Part shown: in pieces, positions 40,023 through 49,099 of the stretch
Numbering within the stretch: position 1 is the stretch's first letter
How the letters are laid out: the number at the start of each line of letters is the position of its first letter
From: Thermodesulfobacteriota bacterium
GTDB taxonomy: Bacteria; Desulfobacterota_D; UBA1144; Nemesobacterales; UBA2774
Direction: 5' to 3'
NCBI GenBank assembly: GCA_965216785.1
Contig: OZ244197.1
Location: 960,001-1,024,000, forward strand
DNA: 64,000 bases
Made by a program: the position numbers and the translations under genes
The notes under the pieces: generated by a model
What the model saw: only the letters and a program-made list of their open reading frames with translations
Told to the model about the DNA's origin: nothing
The model's database searches: none

Positions 40023-40051
40023 TGTTAAGCCCGTATGAACAGAGGATTAAG
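40023..40051 (-). promoter_or_regulatory. Putative second Pho box
   Basis: CTTAATC-ctct-GTTCATA-cggg-CTTAACA; shares TTAATCCTCT and the terminal CTTAACA in identical register with the pstS box. Confidence 0.55.
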
Positions 40052-40204
40052 GAGTGATAAATTTTGAGCTCTTTTTAGGTGTTATAAATTGTCCCATAAA
40101 TTAAGTGAGTTACGGGTGGTGTTGACTCCAAAGTTTGACATTTGAGTTAATTTAAATCCATACTACTGTCTCGTAATAATTCAAGTTCAATTTCTACGCC
40201 AACT

Positions 40205-40963
40205 ATGAAGGTATGCACGCTTGCAAGCGGGAGTTCCGGGAACTCTCTTTTAATCGAGACAGAGGAGACAAAGATACTCGTCGACGCGGGAATCAGTCTC
40301 AGGCAAATTAAGTTAAGGCTCGAAGTTCTAGGGGTGAATATCGAAGATATAGACGGCGTAATAGTGACTCACGAGCACAGCGATCACACGGCGGCTCTGC
40401 CGAGGCTAAAGACCCCCGTTCACGTAGTTTCCTCAACCACCCACTTATGGAAGGACAAGCTTCACAGTATGGTCGAGTTTACAAGCGACTGTGCTTTTTC
40501 GATAAGAGACCTGATGGTAACACCCTTTTCCGTACCGCACGACGCCCTTGACCCCGTTGGTTTTACGATCGAGTCCGAGAAAGGCGAGAAGATCGGGCTT
40601 GTTACAGACATAGGCTCAGTGACAGGGCTTGTGAAGGAGAGTCTTAAAGGGTGTAATATACTTGTGATTGAGTTTAATCACTGCAGCGATATTTTGCTTT
40701 ATAGCCACTATCCCTGGGACCTTAAGCAGAGGATAAAAGGCAGGCTCGGACACCTATCGAACATTCAGGGGGCGGAGCTCCTTCAAAACCTTCTGCACGG
40801 GGGGCTAAAGCACGTGGTGCTTGCGCACCTCAGCCAGGTAAACAATAAGCCTGAGGCCGCATTTAAAGCTGCAAGAGAGGCCCTTACAAGGTTTGGTGCG
40901 GAGAATGATGTAAGTGTGTGTGTTGCGCCGAGAAAAACTATAGGAGAGGTTTTAGCGATTTGA
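40205..40963 (+). CDS. MBL-fold metallohydrolase (YycJ/WalJ-like)
   Basis: ASGSSGN, THEHSDH, HDA, GHLSN, LAHLS. Confidence 0.9.
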   Translation: MKVCTLASGSSGNSLLIETEETKILVDAGISLRQIKLRLEVLGVNIEDIDGVIVTHEHSDHTAALPRLKTPVHVVSSTTHLWKDKLHSMVEFTSDCAFSIRDLMVTPFSVPHDALDPVGFTIESEKGEKIGLVTDIGSVTGLVKESLKGCNILVIEFNHCSDILLYSHYPWDLKQRIKGRLGHLSNIQGAELLQNLLHGGLKHVVLAHLSQVNNKPEAAFKAAREALTRFGAENDVSVCVAPRKTIGEVLAI

Positions 40964-42252
40964 TAGAGAGATATTCAAGACCACAAATGACCGCCATATG
41001 GAGCGATCAGGCAAAGTACGAAAACTGGCTAAAGGTCGAGGTCGCGGTGTGCGAGGCCTGGGCTAAGCAAGGGCGTATTCCGAACGAAGCTGTATCGGTG
41101 ATAAAAGAGAAAGCTGGTTTTAACGTAGACAGGATTAACGAGCTTGAAAAAGAGCTTAAGCACGATGTGATCGCTTTTCTTACTTCGGTCTCTGAGCACG
41201 TAGGTGAAGAGTCTAGGTTCATACACCTAGGGCTTACCTCCTCAGACGTCCTCGATACGGCGTTTGCGCTGCAGCTAAGAGATTCTGCCGTCATATTAAT
41301 AGAGGATATAAAAAAGGTGCTCGAAGTGCTGAAGCGCCAGGCCTTTGAGCATAAAGAGACCCCGATGATCGGGAGGACTCACGGCATACACGCAGAGCCC
41401 AAGACCCTAGGGCTTGTCTTTACGCTTTGGTACGATGAGATGCGCCGCAACCTCGCTCGTATGGAAAATGCAAAGGACATTATAAGTGTAGGCAAGATCT
41501 CGGGCGCGGTGGGTACCTTTGCGAACGTTACCCCTGAAGTCGAAGCCGAGGCATGCAGGATTTTAGGCATAAAGCCAGCGAGCATTTCAACTCAAATAGT
41601 ACAGCGTGATATCCATGCCGAGTTTTTCCTGACCCTTTCTATCATAGCTTCTACAATTGAGAAAATAGCTGTTGAGATTAGGCACTTTCAAAGAACAGAG
41701 GTGCTTGAGCTTGAAGAGCCTTTCGGTAAAGGGCAAAAGGGCTCCTCTGCAATGCCCCACAAGCGTAACCCCATACTTTCAGAGAACCTCTGCGGGCTCT
41801 CAAGGCTCGTGCGCTCTTACGCAATTTCGGCGCTTGAGAATATTCCCCTCTGGCACGAGCGCGATATAAGCCACTCTTCGGTTGAAAGGGTGATCGGCCC
41901 AGACGGCACGATACTGCTTGACTTCATGCTCTCCAGACTAGAGTACTTATTGGACGGTCTTCAGGTTTATCCCGAGAACCTGGAAAAGAACATTTGGCAG
42001 ACCGGAGGACTCGTGTTTTCGCAGAAGGTGCTACTTAAGCTCGTAGACAAGGGATTCTCCAGGGAAAGCGCCTATGCCGCGGTGCAGAGAAACGCTATGA
42101 GGACATGGGAAGAAAAGGAGGACTTTAAAGATCTCCTTCTCAAAGACCCCGAGATATCTAACGTAATAACGCCTGAGGAGCTTGAGGAATGCTTTGACGT
42201 AACGGCTGATCTCAAGAACATAGAGGTCATATATGAAAGGGTATTCTCTTAA
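40960..42252 (+). CDS. purB: Adenylosuccinate lyase
   Basis: (M)IERYSR start at TTG 40960, GRTHGIHAEP, SSAMPHKRNP. Confidence 0.97.
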   Translation: MIERYSRPQMTAIWSDQAKYENWLKVEVAVCEAWAKQGRIPNEAVSVIKEKAGFNVDRINELEKELKHDVIAFLTSVSEHVGEESRFIHLGLTSSDVLDTAFALQLRDSAVILIEDIKKVLEVLKRQAFEHKETPMIGRTHGIHAEPKTLGLVFTLWYDEMRRNLARMENAKDIISVGKISGAVGTFANVTPEVEAEACRILGIKPASISTQIVQRDIHAEFFLTLSIIASTIEKIAVEIRHFQRTEVLELEEPFGKGQKGSSAMPHKRNPILSENLCGLSRLVRSYAISALENIPLWHERDISHSSVERVIGPDGTILLDFMLSRLEYLLDGLQVYPENLEKNIWQTGGLVFSQKVLLKLVDKGFSRESAYAAVQRNAMRTWEEKEDFKDLLLKDPEISNVITPEELEECFDVTADLKNIEVIYERVFS

Positions 42253-42273
42253 TATTCTTTCCCGACCGGTTAT

Positions 42274-42435
42274 TTGATTTTATACCCCCTGATCGCACTT
42301 CGTACTCCGGCCCGCCCCCATCAGCGTCGCTGTGGAACGCTCGCCTCTACCCTCTTGATTTTATACCCCCCGATCGCACTTCGTACTCCGGCCCGCCCCC
42401 ATTGGCATCGCTGTGGAACGCTCGCCTCCGCCCCC
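42274..42435 (-). repeat. Dispersed hairpin repeat family: two tandem 81-bp A+B units
   Basis: TTGATTTTATACCCCC...GATCGCACTTCGTACTCCGGCCCGCCCCCA...TCGCTGTGGAACGCTCGCCTC starting at 42274 and 42355. Confidence 0.92.
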
Positions 42436-42502
42436 CATTATTCTGTTGCTTTGTAAACATTCAGTGGTATAGTTTTAGCTAACAAAAGTTAGGAGGTAAG
42501 TA

Positions 42503-43636
42503 ATGAGATTTAGACTATTTGGAGTGGCACTACTAGCTCTTACGTTATTTACGATTGGAAATACCATACCGGCTTCCGCGATGTCCGCGGACGAGTCTGC
42601 AAGGCTGGTAAAGTTTTTTCAAAACCGCTTTGGGACCAACATGCCTCCCGGAACGGAGATAACCGTTAAAGCCGATAAGACTAGCGCATTAAAAGGTTTG
42701 CAGACAGGTAATTTTGTAATCAAGACAGCTGACGGCCAGACTCAAGACGTAGCATTCGTAGCCAGTGAAGACGGGAAATATGTGCTGGTCGGAAGTCTGG
42801 GCGACACAAAGAAATTTGAAGATACACCTATTAAAGGTCTTAAAAAGGGCTCTATCCCTATGGCCCGCGGTGAATTTCCCATATTTGTATCCGCGGACGG
42901 TCAGCATATGATAGTGGGTAACGAGATTGTATCGATAAAGTCATTTAAAGAATCAAAGCTTACAGGACTTAAGGAAGGTACGTTCAACATGGGAAACCGT
43001 GAGGTGCCTATATTCGTAAGCAGCTCCGGACAGTATCTAATACTAGATGTTACTGGCGGAGGAATTTACGACTCTACAATAGATCCTCACAAAGAGGCTA
43101 TGGAAAAGATTTCGCTTGAGGATGTTCCCACTAAAGGCGCTGATGATGCGACTGTGGTAGTAGTTGAATACTCCGATTTCCAGTGCCCGTTCTGTAAGCG
43201 CGGAAAGGATATGCTCCCGGAGCTCCTGAAAACTTACGACGGAAAAATCAAAATTGCATACAAGCAGCTTCCTCTGAGAAACCATAACTGGGCAATGCCC
43301 GCTGCGATAGCTTCAGTATGCGCTTACCAGCAGGGTAACGACAAGTTCTGGGAATTCCATGATTTGGTATTCGACAATCAAAAAGAGATTAAGCTTGAAA
43401 ATTCAGAAGATACATTTAAAGGATACGCAAAGGACCTGGGGCTCGATCCCAAGAAATTTGATGCCTGTATAGCTGATGAAGCAGTAGCTGCGAGGGTGAA
43501 TAGTGAGGTTGAAGAAGCCATTTCGATCGGCGTTCAATCCACACCTACTTTCGTTGTAAACGGCATGATAGTGCAGGGCGCAAATCCTGACGGTCTGAAA
43601 TCAGCAATAGATTTGAAACTGTCTGAGGGTTCCTAA
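42503..43636 (+). CDS. DsbA/DsbG-like thiol-disulfide oxidoreductase with repeated N-terminal modules
   Basis: Signal peptide; EYSDFQCPFC; GVQSTPTFVVNG cis-Pro loop. Confidence 0.88.
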   Translation: MRFRLFGVALLALTLFTIGNTIPASAMSADESARLVKFFQNRFGTNMPPGTEITVKADKTSALKGLQTGNFVIKTADGQTQDVAFVASEDGKYVLVGSLGDTKKFEDTPIKGLKKGSIPMARGEFPIFVSADGQHMIVGNEIVSIKSFKESKLTGLKEGTFNMGNREVPIFVSSSGQYLILDVTGGGIYDSTIDPHKEAMEKISLEDVPTKGADDATVVVVEYSDFQCPFCKRGKDMLPELLKTYDGKIKIAYKQLPLRNHNWAMPAAIASVCAYQQGNDKFWEFHDLVFDNQKEIKLENSEDTFKGYAKDLGLDPKKFDACIADEAVAARVNSEVEEAISIGVQSTPTFVVNGMIVQGANPDGLKSAIDLKLSEGS

Positions 43637-43655
43637 TACGCACCACCAGACGCTC

Positions 43656-43730
43656 AAACTGCACCTCATCCCAAAAGGTATATTTGATTATATTTATTCA
43701 GCAGTTCCTTGGGGTAAGGTGCAGTTTTTT
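43656..43730 (+). terminator. Long-loop inverted repeat with T-tail
   Basis: AAACTGCACCTCATCCCAA...TTGGGGTAAGGTGCAGTTT (19-bp arms, two imperfect pairs, about 34-nt loop). Confidence 0.5.
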
Positions 43731-43762
43731 ATTTATGCAGTTATTTATAGGCAAAAACAGCC

Positions 43763-44800
43763 ATGAAATGTCCCAATTGCGGATTCAACAGTTTTGATTA
43801 CTTAGAAGAATGCAAGAAATGTAAACTGCCTCTAAACCCGCCTCAGGAATATAAATCCCTTTATAAAAAAGTCCCGAGGGAAACGGTTGCTGACTCTATA
43901 AGTCTTGAGGAATCTAGGGTAGAAAAGACCCGGGGTTATGGAGAAGTTGAAAACGGTCCGAAATATAAAGCCGCATCGGACAGTATTCAGGACAATTCAC
44001 AAACCACATCCTCCGACAGCGAACCTGATTTAGAGCAGGGCTTGCCAGGTTACTATAGCCGGGGGCGGAGGCGAGCGATTCACAGCGATGCCGGTGGGGG
44101 CGGGCCGGAGCGCGAAGTGCGATCGGGGGGTATAAAATCAAGAGGACAGAGGCGAGCGCTTCACAGCGATGCCGAGGCGGGTATAAAATCAGAGCGAGCG
44201 ATTGACAGTACACAGGGTGAAGGCCCTGAAATTCAAGCGCCCGAGCTTGGTACGGAGTCCGGGGTTCCTGACGAGCTTGAGCGCCGTTCCCATGATCCTA
44301 TTTTATATTCTGAATCCAATGTCTCCCAAAGCGCAACTAACTTAGCAGGAGCGACTGATTCAAAGGAGGAAACGGAATCATACAGCATAGCAGGACTAAA
44401 GCTCAGAGCTGCCGCATTTGCAATTGATCTTGTGATAATAAGCTTTATAACCTATCTCACCATCGGAGCCGGTTTCCTTCTTCTGGGTGATACAGCTTTA
44501 ACACCAACAGAGCTCAGTAGAGTGTACCTGCCAATATTCGCGCTACTGTTCTTCCTGGCTTCCACGTACTTTGTGTTCCTTCATTACTATTCGGGAAGGA
44601 CGCTCGGGAAGATGGCTGTCGGTATAAAAGTAATAAGCTCTGAGGGGGATGAGCTTGGACTCTGGGAGTCTTTTATGAGGTGGGTAGGGTACTATATATC
44701 AGCTGTTTTTTTATTCGCCGGATTTATCTGGTCTGTATTCGATCGCGACTCTCAAGCATGGCACGATAAGATCGCAGGTACATACGTAGTAATAGGATGA
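43763..44800 (+). CDS. RDD family protein with N-terminal zinc ribbon and repeat-derived linker
   Basis: CPNC...CKKC; RAAAFAIDL, GRTLGKM, WHDKIAGTYVV. Confidence 0.9.
   Translation: MKCPNCGFNSFDYLEECKKCKLPLNPPQEYKSLYKKVPRETVADSISLEESRVEKTRGYGEVENGPKYKAASDSIQDNSQTTSSDSEPDLEQGLPGYYSRGRRRAIHSDAGGGGPEREVRSGGIKSRGQRRALHSDAEAGIKSERAIDSTQGEGPEIQAPELGTESGVPDELERRSHDPILYSESNVSQSATNLAGATDSKEETESYSIAGLKLRAAAFAIDLVIISFITYLTIGAGFLLLGDTALTPTELSRVYLPIFALLFFLASTYFVFLHYYSGRTLGKMAVGIKVISSEGDELGLWESFMRWVGYYISAVFLFAGFIWSVFDRDSQAWHDKIAGTYVVIG
44061..44200 (+). repeat. Dispersed hairpin repeat family inside the RDD coding frame
   Basis: GAGGCGAGCG at 44068 and 44149 (81-bp period) with module B and GGGTATAAAATCA; reverse complement of the 42274-42435 units. 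Confidence 0.92.
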
Positions 44801-44807
44801 TACATAT

Positions 44808-46070
44808 ATGAAACCACTTGAAATTTTAAACGAACGAATAAGCGAAAAGAAAACGGAGCTTGAATCCTGGGTAGCGGCACAGACTGAGAAGGTGCTCGTT
44901 CCTCTTTACACCTCAGTTGATTTGAGGGTATCGGACTACAAGATTGCTCCTGTGGATACCAACGTATTCCCTGCGGGGTTTAATAACCTGTCTCAAAAAT
45001 TCAGAGACCACGCCTCGGAGTTATTTAGGGATTATATAGTAAGGAAATATCCCAAAGTAAAGAGCATACTTATCATCCCCGAGCTCAATACCAGAAACCA
45101 GTTTTATTGGGAGAATATTTCCGTACTAAAGTCGATATTAGAGAAAGTGGACTACAAGGTGCAAGTGGGAATAGTAAGTGACGACTTCTATCACGACGAA
45201 ATGAGCTTTAAAGCCCTGGATGGAAAAGAGGTCTTGGTCTATAAAGTTATAAAAGACGGACACCGGGTAGTGACTACTGCAGGCGATCCAGATCTTATAC
45301 TTATCAATAATGATTTCTCGGATAAATGCCCGAAAACGCTTAGAGATATTGTTCAGCCAGTGGAGCCCCCGGTTGAGATCGGCTGGCACACCAGAAGAAA
45401 GAGCGTCCATTTTGAGTACTACAATAAGCTTGCAGGTGAAGTTGCGGATATTTTAGACATCGACCCAGCTACCATATCTATCAAAACTGTTCCTGAAGAA
45501 GGAGTAAACTTTGACAGCCCGGAAGACCGCGATAGAGCGGCTAAGTGCGTTGAGTCAATCATGGAAGAGCTCAAGGAAGAATACGTCAGAATGGGTATCG
45601 ATTATGATCCCTATCTTTTTCTTAAGAGTAACTCCGGCACTTACGGGATGGCTGTAATGAGCGTTAAAGACTCAGAGGGAGTGAGATCGCTTAACTCAGA
45701 GGGCAGAAAGCGCATGAGGGTAAGTAAGGGCGGAAAACCCGTAAGGGATATTGTGATACAGGAGGGTATACCCACATCACTTACGCTTAGCTCGGGCGCT
45801 TCGGCCGAGCCTGTGATTTATCTTGTGCAAGCGCAAGCGGTCGGAGGATTCCTCAGGCTCAATAAGTCCAAAGACACACTTGAGAACTTAAATACTAGAG
45901 GGATGGAGTTTTCTGACATGTACTCCCCGGATGATCCGTTAAATAAAGAAAACGGCGGAGCGGTATTAACACCTGCTTATGAGCTGCTTGCTTGCGTTGC
46001 CAGTATAGCAACAGGCTACGAAGTAGAAAAGATACTTGAAGAAGGCGGCTGTAAAGAAGAGGTATCTTAA
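44808..46070 (+). CDS. gshA: Glutamate-cysteine ligase (ATP-grasp-like GshA type)
   Basis: PLYTSVDLR, KIAPVDTNVFPAGFNNL, LINNDFS, GTYGMAVM, IQEG, ENLN. Confidence 0.88.
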   Translation: MKPLEILNERISEKKTELESWVAAQTEKVLVPLYTSVDLRVSDYKIAPVDTNVFPAGFNNLSQKFRDHASELFRDYIVRKYPKVKSILIIPELNTRNQFYWENISVLKSILEKVDYKVQVGIVSDDFYHDEMSFKALDGKEVLVYKVIKDGHRVVTTAGDPDLILINNDFSDKCPKTLRDIVQPVEPPVEIGWHTRRKSVHFEYYNKLAGEVADILDIDPATISIKTVPEEGVNFDSPEDRDRAAKCVESIMEELKEEYVRMGIDYDPYLFLKSNSGTYGMAVMSVKDSEGVRSLNSEGRKRMRVSKGGKPVRDIVIQEGIPTSLTLSSGASAEPVIYLVQAQAVGGFLRLNKSKDTLENLNTRGMEFSDMYSPDDPLNKENGGAVLTPAYELLACVASIATGYEVEKILEEGGCKEEVS

Positions 46071-46115
46071 CCTTTTCCCTTAGAATCAGTGCATATCTCG
46101 GATTTAATATATAAA

Positions 46116-47498
46116 CTATGCGGGCTTTTTGGCTTCTTCCGCTTCTTTCGCTTTAGCAAGGTCGATAGTACGTTTTAACAGAACAGTATAGATCGGTCTA
46201 CCACCTAGTCCCTGCGCGACTATTGATGCTGTCATACAGGTAATTATGAGTGGGAGAATCAGCCAGTAATTACCCGTCATTTCTATCGTAAGCACTATAC
46301 CGGTCAGGGGGGCTCTCACTGTCGCGCAAAATAGTGCAGCCATACCGGCTACTGCAAATATCTCGGGTTGTACAACCATGTCCGGCAGTAGAAAATGGGC
46401 GAAGTTCCCGTACCACATGCCGAATAGAGTGCCCAGAGCAAGCATGGGGGCAAAAATGCCGCCCGTAGCGCCGGATCCGTAGCTTATCATTGTGGTTCCG
46501 AAACGTATAATGAAAAGTAAGAGCAGTATCATTACGGGGATAGAGCCTGAAATTGCCTTTGGTATAACGATGTAGCCCCCGCCAATCGTGTCCGGGAATA
46601 GAAAAACCAGTGCGCCGATCAGCCCTCCCACAAATATTCCGGAGTATGTGTAGAGCCATCCTTTAAGGTTAGTGAAAAAGTCTAGCGTCCAAATAAGCAG
46701 CCTATTGAAAATAAAGCCGAATATGCCGAATACAAAGCCGAATATTAAGAATAACCACAGTGACTTAAGAGGCGGTACGGGCAGCATGTGCATCTGTATA
46801 TCAGGCTGCTGGCCCATGAGTAGGCGGAGAACTATGTCCGCCGATGCGCAGGCAATGAGCACGGCCTGAACCGACAGGAAATTATATTTAAATTCGGGGC
46901 GCATCTCCTCGAATACGAAAAGAATTCCGGCAAGCGGGGCGTTAAACGCGGCCGCCAAACCTCCGCCTGAGCCTGCCGCGATAAGCGTATGAGTGTCGTC
47001 TTTATTTAACTTAGTGAAGTCAGATACCATCTGGCCCAGGTTACCGCCCATCTGAATCGTAGGGCCTTCACGACCCATTACCAGTCCGCTCCCTAGGGAA
47101 AGGAGACCTGCAACAAACTTCACAGGGAGCACCCTTTTCCATCTTACGGGTCTGGCATCTTCGAGTGCACCTTCCATTTCCTGAACACCGCTCCCTCCTG
47201 TCTCCGGGGCAATCTTTCTGACCAGGAGGAGAGCAAGAAACACCATAACCGCCGAAAGTACAATCGAGGCAACAAGCGGTAAAACGGGGGTACCTGAGAA
47301 AAGAGCCATGAAAGCGTCTTTCATATCGGCAAATCTGGCAAGAGCAATTTGAAAAACTCCGCCCACAAAGCCGGTCAGTGCCCCTACAAGCAATGCCCAG
47401 AACATGATCGGGCTGTTGCGTTTTTCGGTCTCCAGGAACCTTCTGACCACTTTACCTACATTAGTGGAATCCTCAGGTTTTCTTGAGTGGAATTTCAT
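46116..47498 (-). CDS. clcA: H+/Cl- exchange transporter
   Basis: GSGVQE, GREGPT, AAAFNAPLAG, FEE, GIFAPML, PIY. Confidence 0.94.
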   Translation of the reverse strand: MKFHSRKPEDSTNVGKVVRRFLETEKRNSPIMFWALLVGALTGFVGGVFQIALARFADMKDAFMALFSGTPVLPLVASIVLSAVMVFLALLLVRKIAPETGGSGVQEMEGALEDARPVRWKRVLPVKFVAGLLSLGSGLVMGREGPTIQMGGNLGQMVSDFTKLNKDDTHTLIAAGSGGGLAAAFNAPLAGILFVFEEMRPEFKYNFLSVQAVLIACASADIVLRLLMGQQPDIQMHMLPVPPLKSLWLFLIFGFVFGIFGFIFNRLLIWTLDFFTNLKGWLYTYSGIFVGGLIGALVFLFPDTIGGGYIVIPKAISGSIPVMILLLLFIIRFGTTMISYGSGATGGIFAPMLALGTLFGMWYGNFAHFLLPDMVVQPEIFAVAGMAALFCATVRAPLTGIVLTIEMTGNYWLILPLIITCMTASIVAQGLGGRPIYTVLLKRTIDLAKAKEAEEAKKPA

Positions 47499-47630
47499 CC
47501 ATCGCTCCTATTTCATTAACAGCTGCAGGCAAATTCTGCATAGTATAAGAATATACTCAATATCCGATGCGCGATGCGAGTAGTATGTTTATAATCTAAT
47601 TTTAGCTCAATATCAATATCGGCGCGGGAT

Positions 47631-48593
47631 TTATTTAAGCTCCCCGCGGTTGTGGGGTGCGGATAAGTCGATTTGTGGTCCTAAAGGGACTATGCCTGTA
47701 GGGTTTATAGACTTGTGGCTCTTAAAGTAATGCTCTTTAATATGTGTGAAGTTTACGGTGTCCTTCACACCCGGGTACTGATAAAGCTCACGGAGATAGT
47801 GTGAGAGGTTTGGGTAGTCCTTTATGTGACGCAGGTTGCATTTAAAGTGGGTGTAGTATACGGGATCGAACCTTAGTAGTGTGGTAAAAAGCCGCCAGTC
47901 GGCCTCGGTCAGCCTTTCGCCTAATAAATATCTTCTGCTTGAAAGCCTCTTGTCGATATCGTCTAACGTATTGAACAACGCGTAAAATGATTCCTGGTAC
48001 GCCTCCTGGGTAGTCGCGAAACCGCAGCGGTATACGCCGTTATTTACGTTTGCGTAAACAAGCTCGTTAATCTCGTCTATCTCATTCCTAAGCTCAAGGG
48101 GACAAAAGTCCAGATCTTCGTCACCGAACTCATTGAATTCAGAGTTGAGCATACGGATAATTTCTGCGGATTCATTGTTTACTATTGTTTCGGACTTCTT
48201 ATCCCAAAGCACCGGTACGGTTACCCTTCCGGTATAATTTGGCTCTACGGCCGTATAAATCTCATGCAGATAGCGTGCGCCGTTTATGTTATCGGGCACT
48301 GAGCCAGGATAGTCCGTGAATTCCCATCCTTGAGCTCCCAGGATTGGGTTAACTATTGAGACGGAGATTATATCCTCAAGCATCTTAAGCTTTCTGAATA
48401 TCAGAGTCCTGTGCGCCCAGGGGCATGCGTAGCTTACGTACAGGTGGTAGCGTTCCGGCTCGGCCTTAAACCCAGAAGAGCCGTCCGCAGTTATGTGGTC
48501 TCTGAAAGCGGATTTCTGTCTTACAAAGCGCCCGCCTGTGGACTTTGTATCGTACCATTTATCCTGCCATTTACCGTCAACAAGTAGACCCAT
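47631..48593 (-). CDS. yqjG: Glutathionyl-hydroquinone reductase (omega-like GST)
   Basis: CPWAHRT, RVTVPVLWD, NNESAEI, NNGVYRCGFA, INPTGIVP. Confidence 0.9.
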   Translation of the reverse strand: MGLLVDGKWQDKWYDTKSTGGRFVRQKSAFRDHITADGSSGFKAEPERYHLYVSYACPWAHRTLIFRKLKMLEDIISVSIVNPILGAQGWEFTDYPGSVPDNINGARYLHEIYTAVEPNYTGRVTVPVLWDKKSETIVNNESAEIIRMLNSEFNEFGDEDLDFCPLELRNEIDEINELVYANVNNGVYRCGFATTQEAYQESFYALFNTLDDIDKRLSSRRYLLGERLTEADWRLFTTLLRFDPVYYTHFKCNLRHIKDYPNLSHYLRELYQYPGVKDTVNFTHIKEHYFKSHKSINPTGIVPLGPQIDLSAPHNRGELK

Positions 48594-48607
48594 GTTTAAG
48601 AGTAGTC

Positions 48608-49036
48608 CTAGTAGTCAGTGATATTTTTATAAGCAAGCACTTTTGTTGGTGAGATTCTTACAGTTAGCTCACCCTCTGATGAGTTTCTTTTGCCGAATTC
48701 CTCAGCCCGGTCTTCTCCCATGTACTTTCTTCCGATACGAGTGGCCCAGTGAAGCGCCTCCTCAAAGTCGTCTGACATCTCAGCAATACCTTCGACTGTG
48801 ACAAACGAGTACGGGGGAGCCTGATCGTCCATGCTCATCGATACCCTAGGGTCACGTATCATGTTCTTTGCTTTTATTGATTGTGGCCCGGTATTAAATA
48901 CTATCTTGTCACCGTCGAGCACAAACCAAATCGGCACAACGTGGGGCCTGCCGTCTTTTCTTACCGTTGCCAGCTTTCCCGTCTTTGTTCCGCTGTGTAG
49001 AAATTCGGAGATTTCTTCTTTAGTCATTTCCTTCAA
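48608..49036 (-). CDS. PPOX-class putative F420/flavin-dependent oxidoreductase
   Basis: LATVRKDGRPHVVPIWF, KAKNMIRDPRV. Confidence 0.85.
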   Translation of the reverse strand: MKEMTKEEISEFLHSGTKTGKLATVRKDGRPHVVPIWFVLDGDKIVFNTGPQSIKAKNMIRDPRVSMSMDDQAPPYSFVTVEGIAEMSDDFEEALHWATRIGRKYMGEDRAEEFGKRNSSEGELTVRISPTKVLAYKNITDY

Positions 49037-49099
49037 TTTCGCTTCCCTTACCCCATGTTGGAATTCTTTCTATGAATCTAATAATTATTGTGATGTTCT

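Noticed and set aside
42274-42435. Tandem repeats as a CRISPR array
   Set aside because: Units are contiguous 81-bp near-duplicates with no unique spacers; no cas genes; copies are dispersed on both strands
42274-42456. 60-aa ORF with duplicated peptide (also 35442-35657, 35447-35638 and 43914-44213)
   Set aside because: Chance translations of the repeat element with no convincing RBS or recognisable domain
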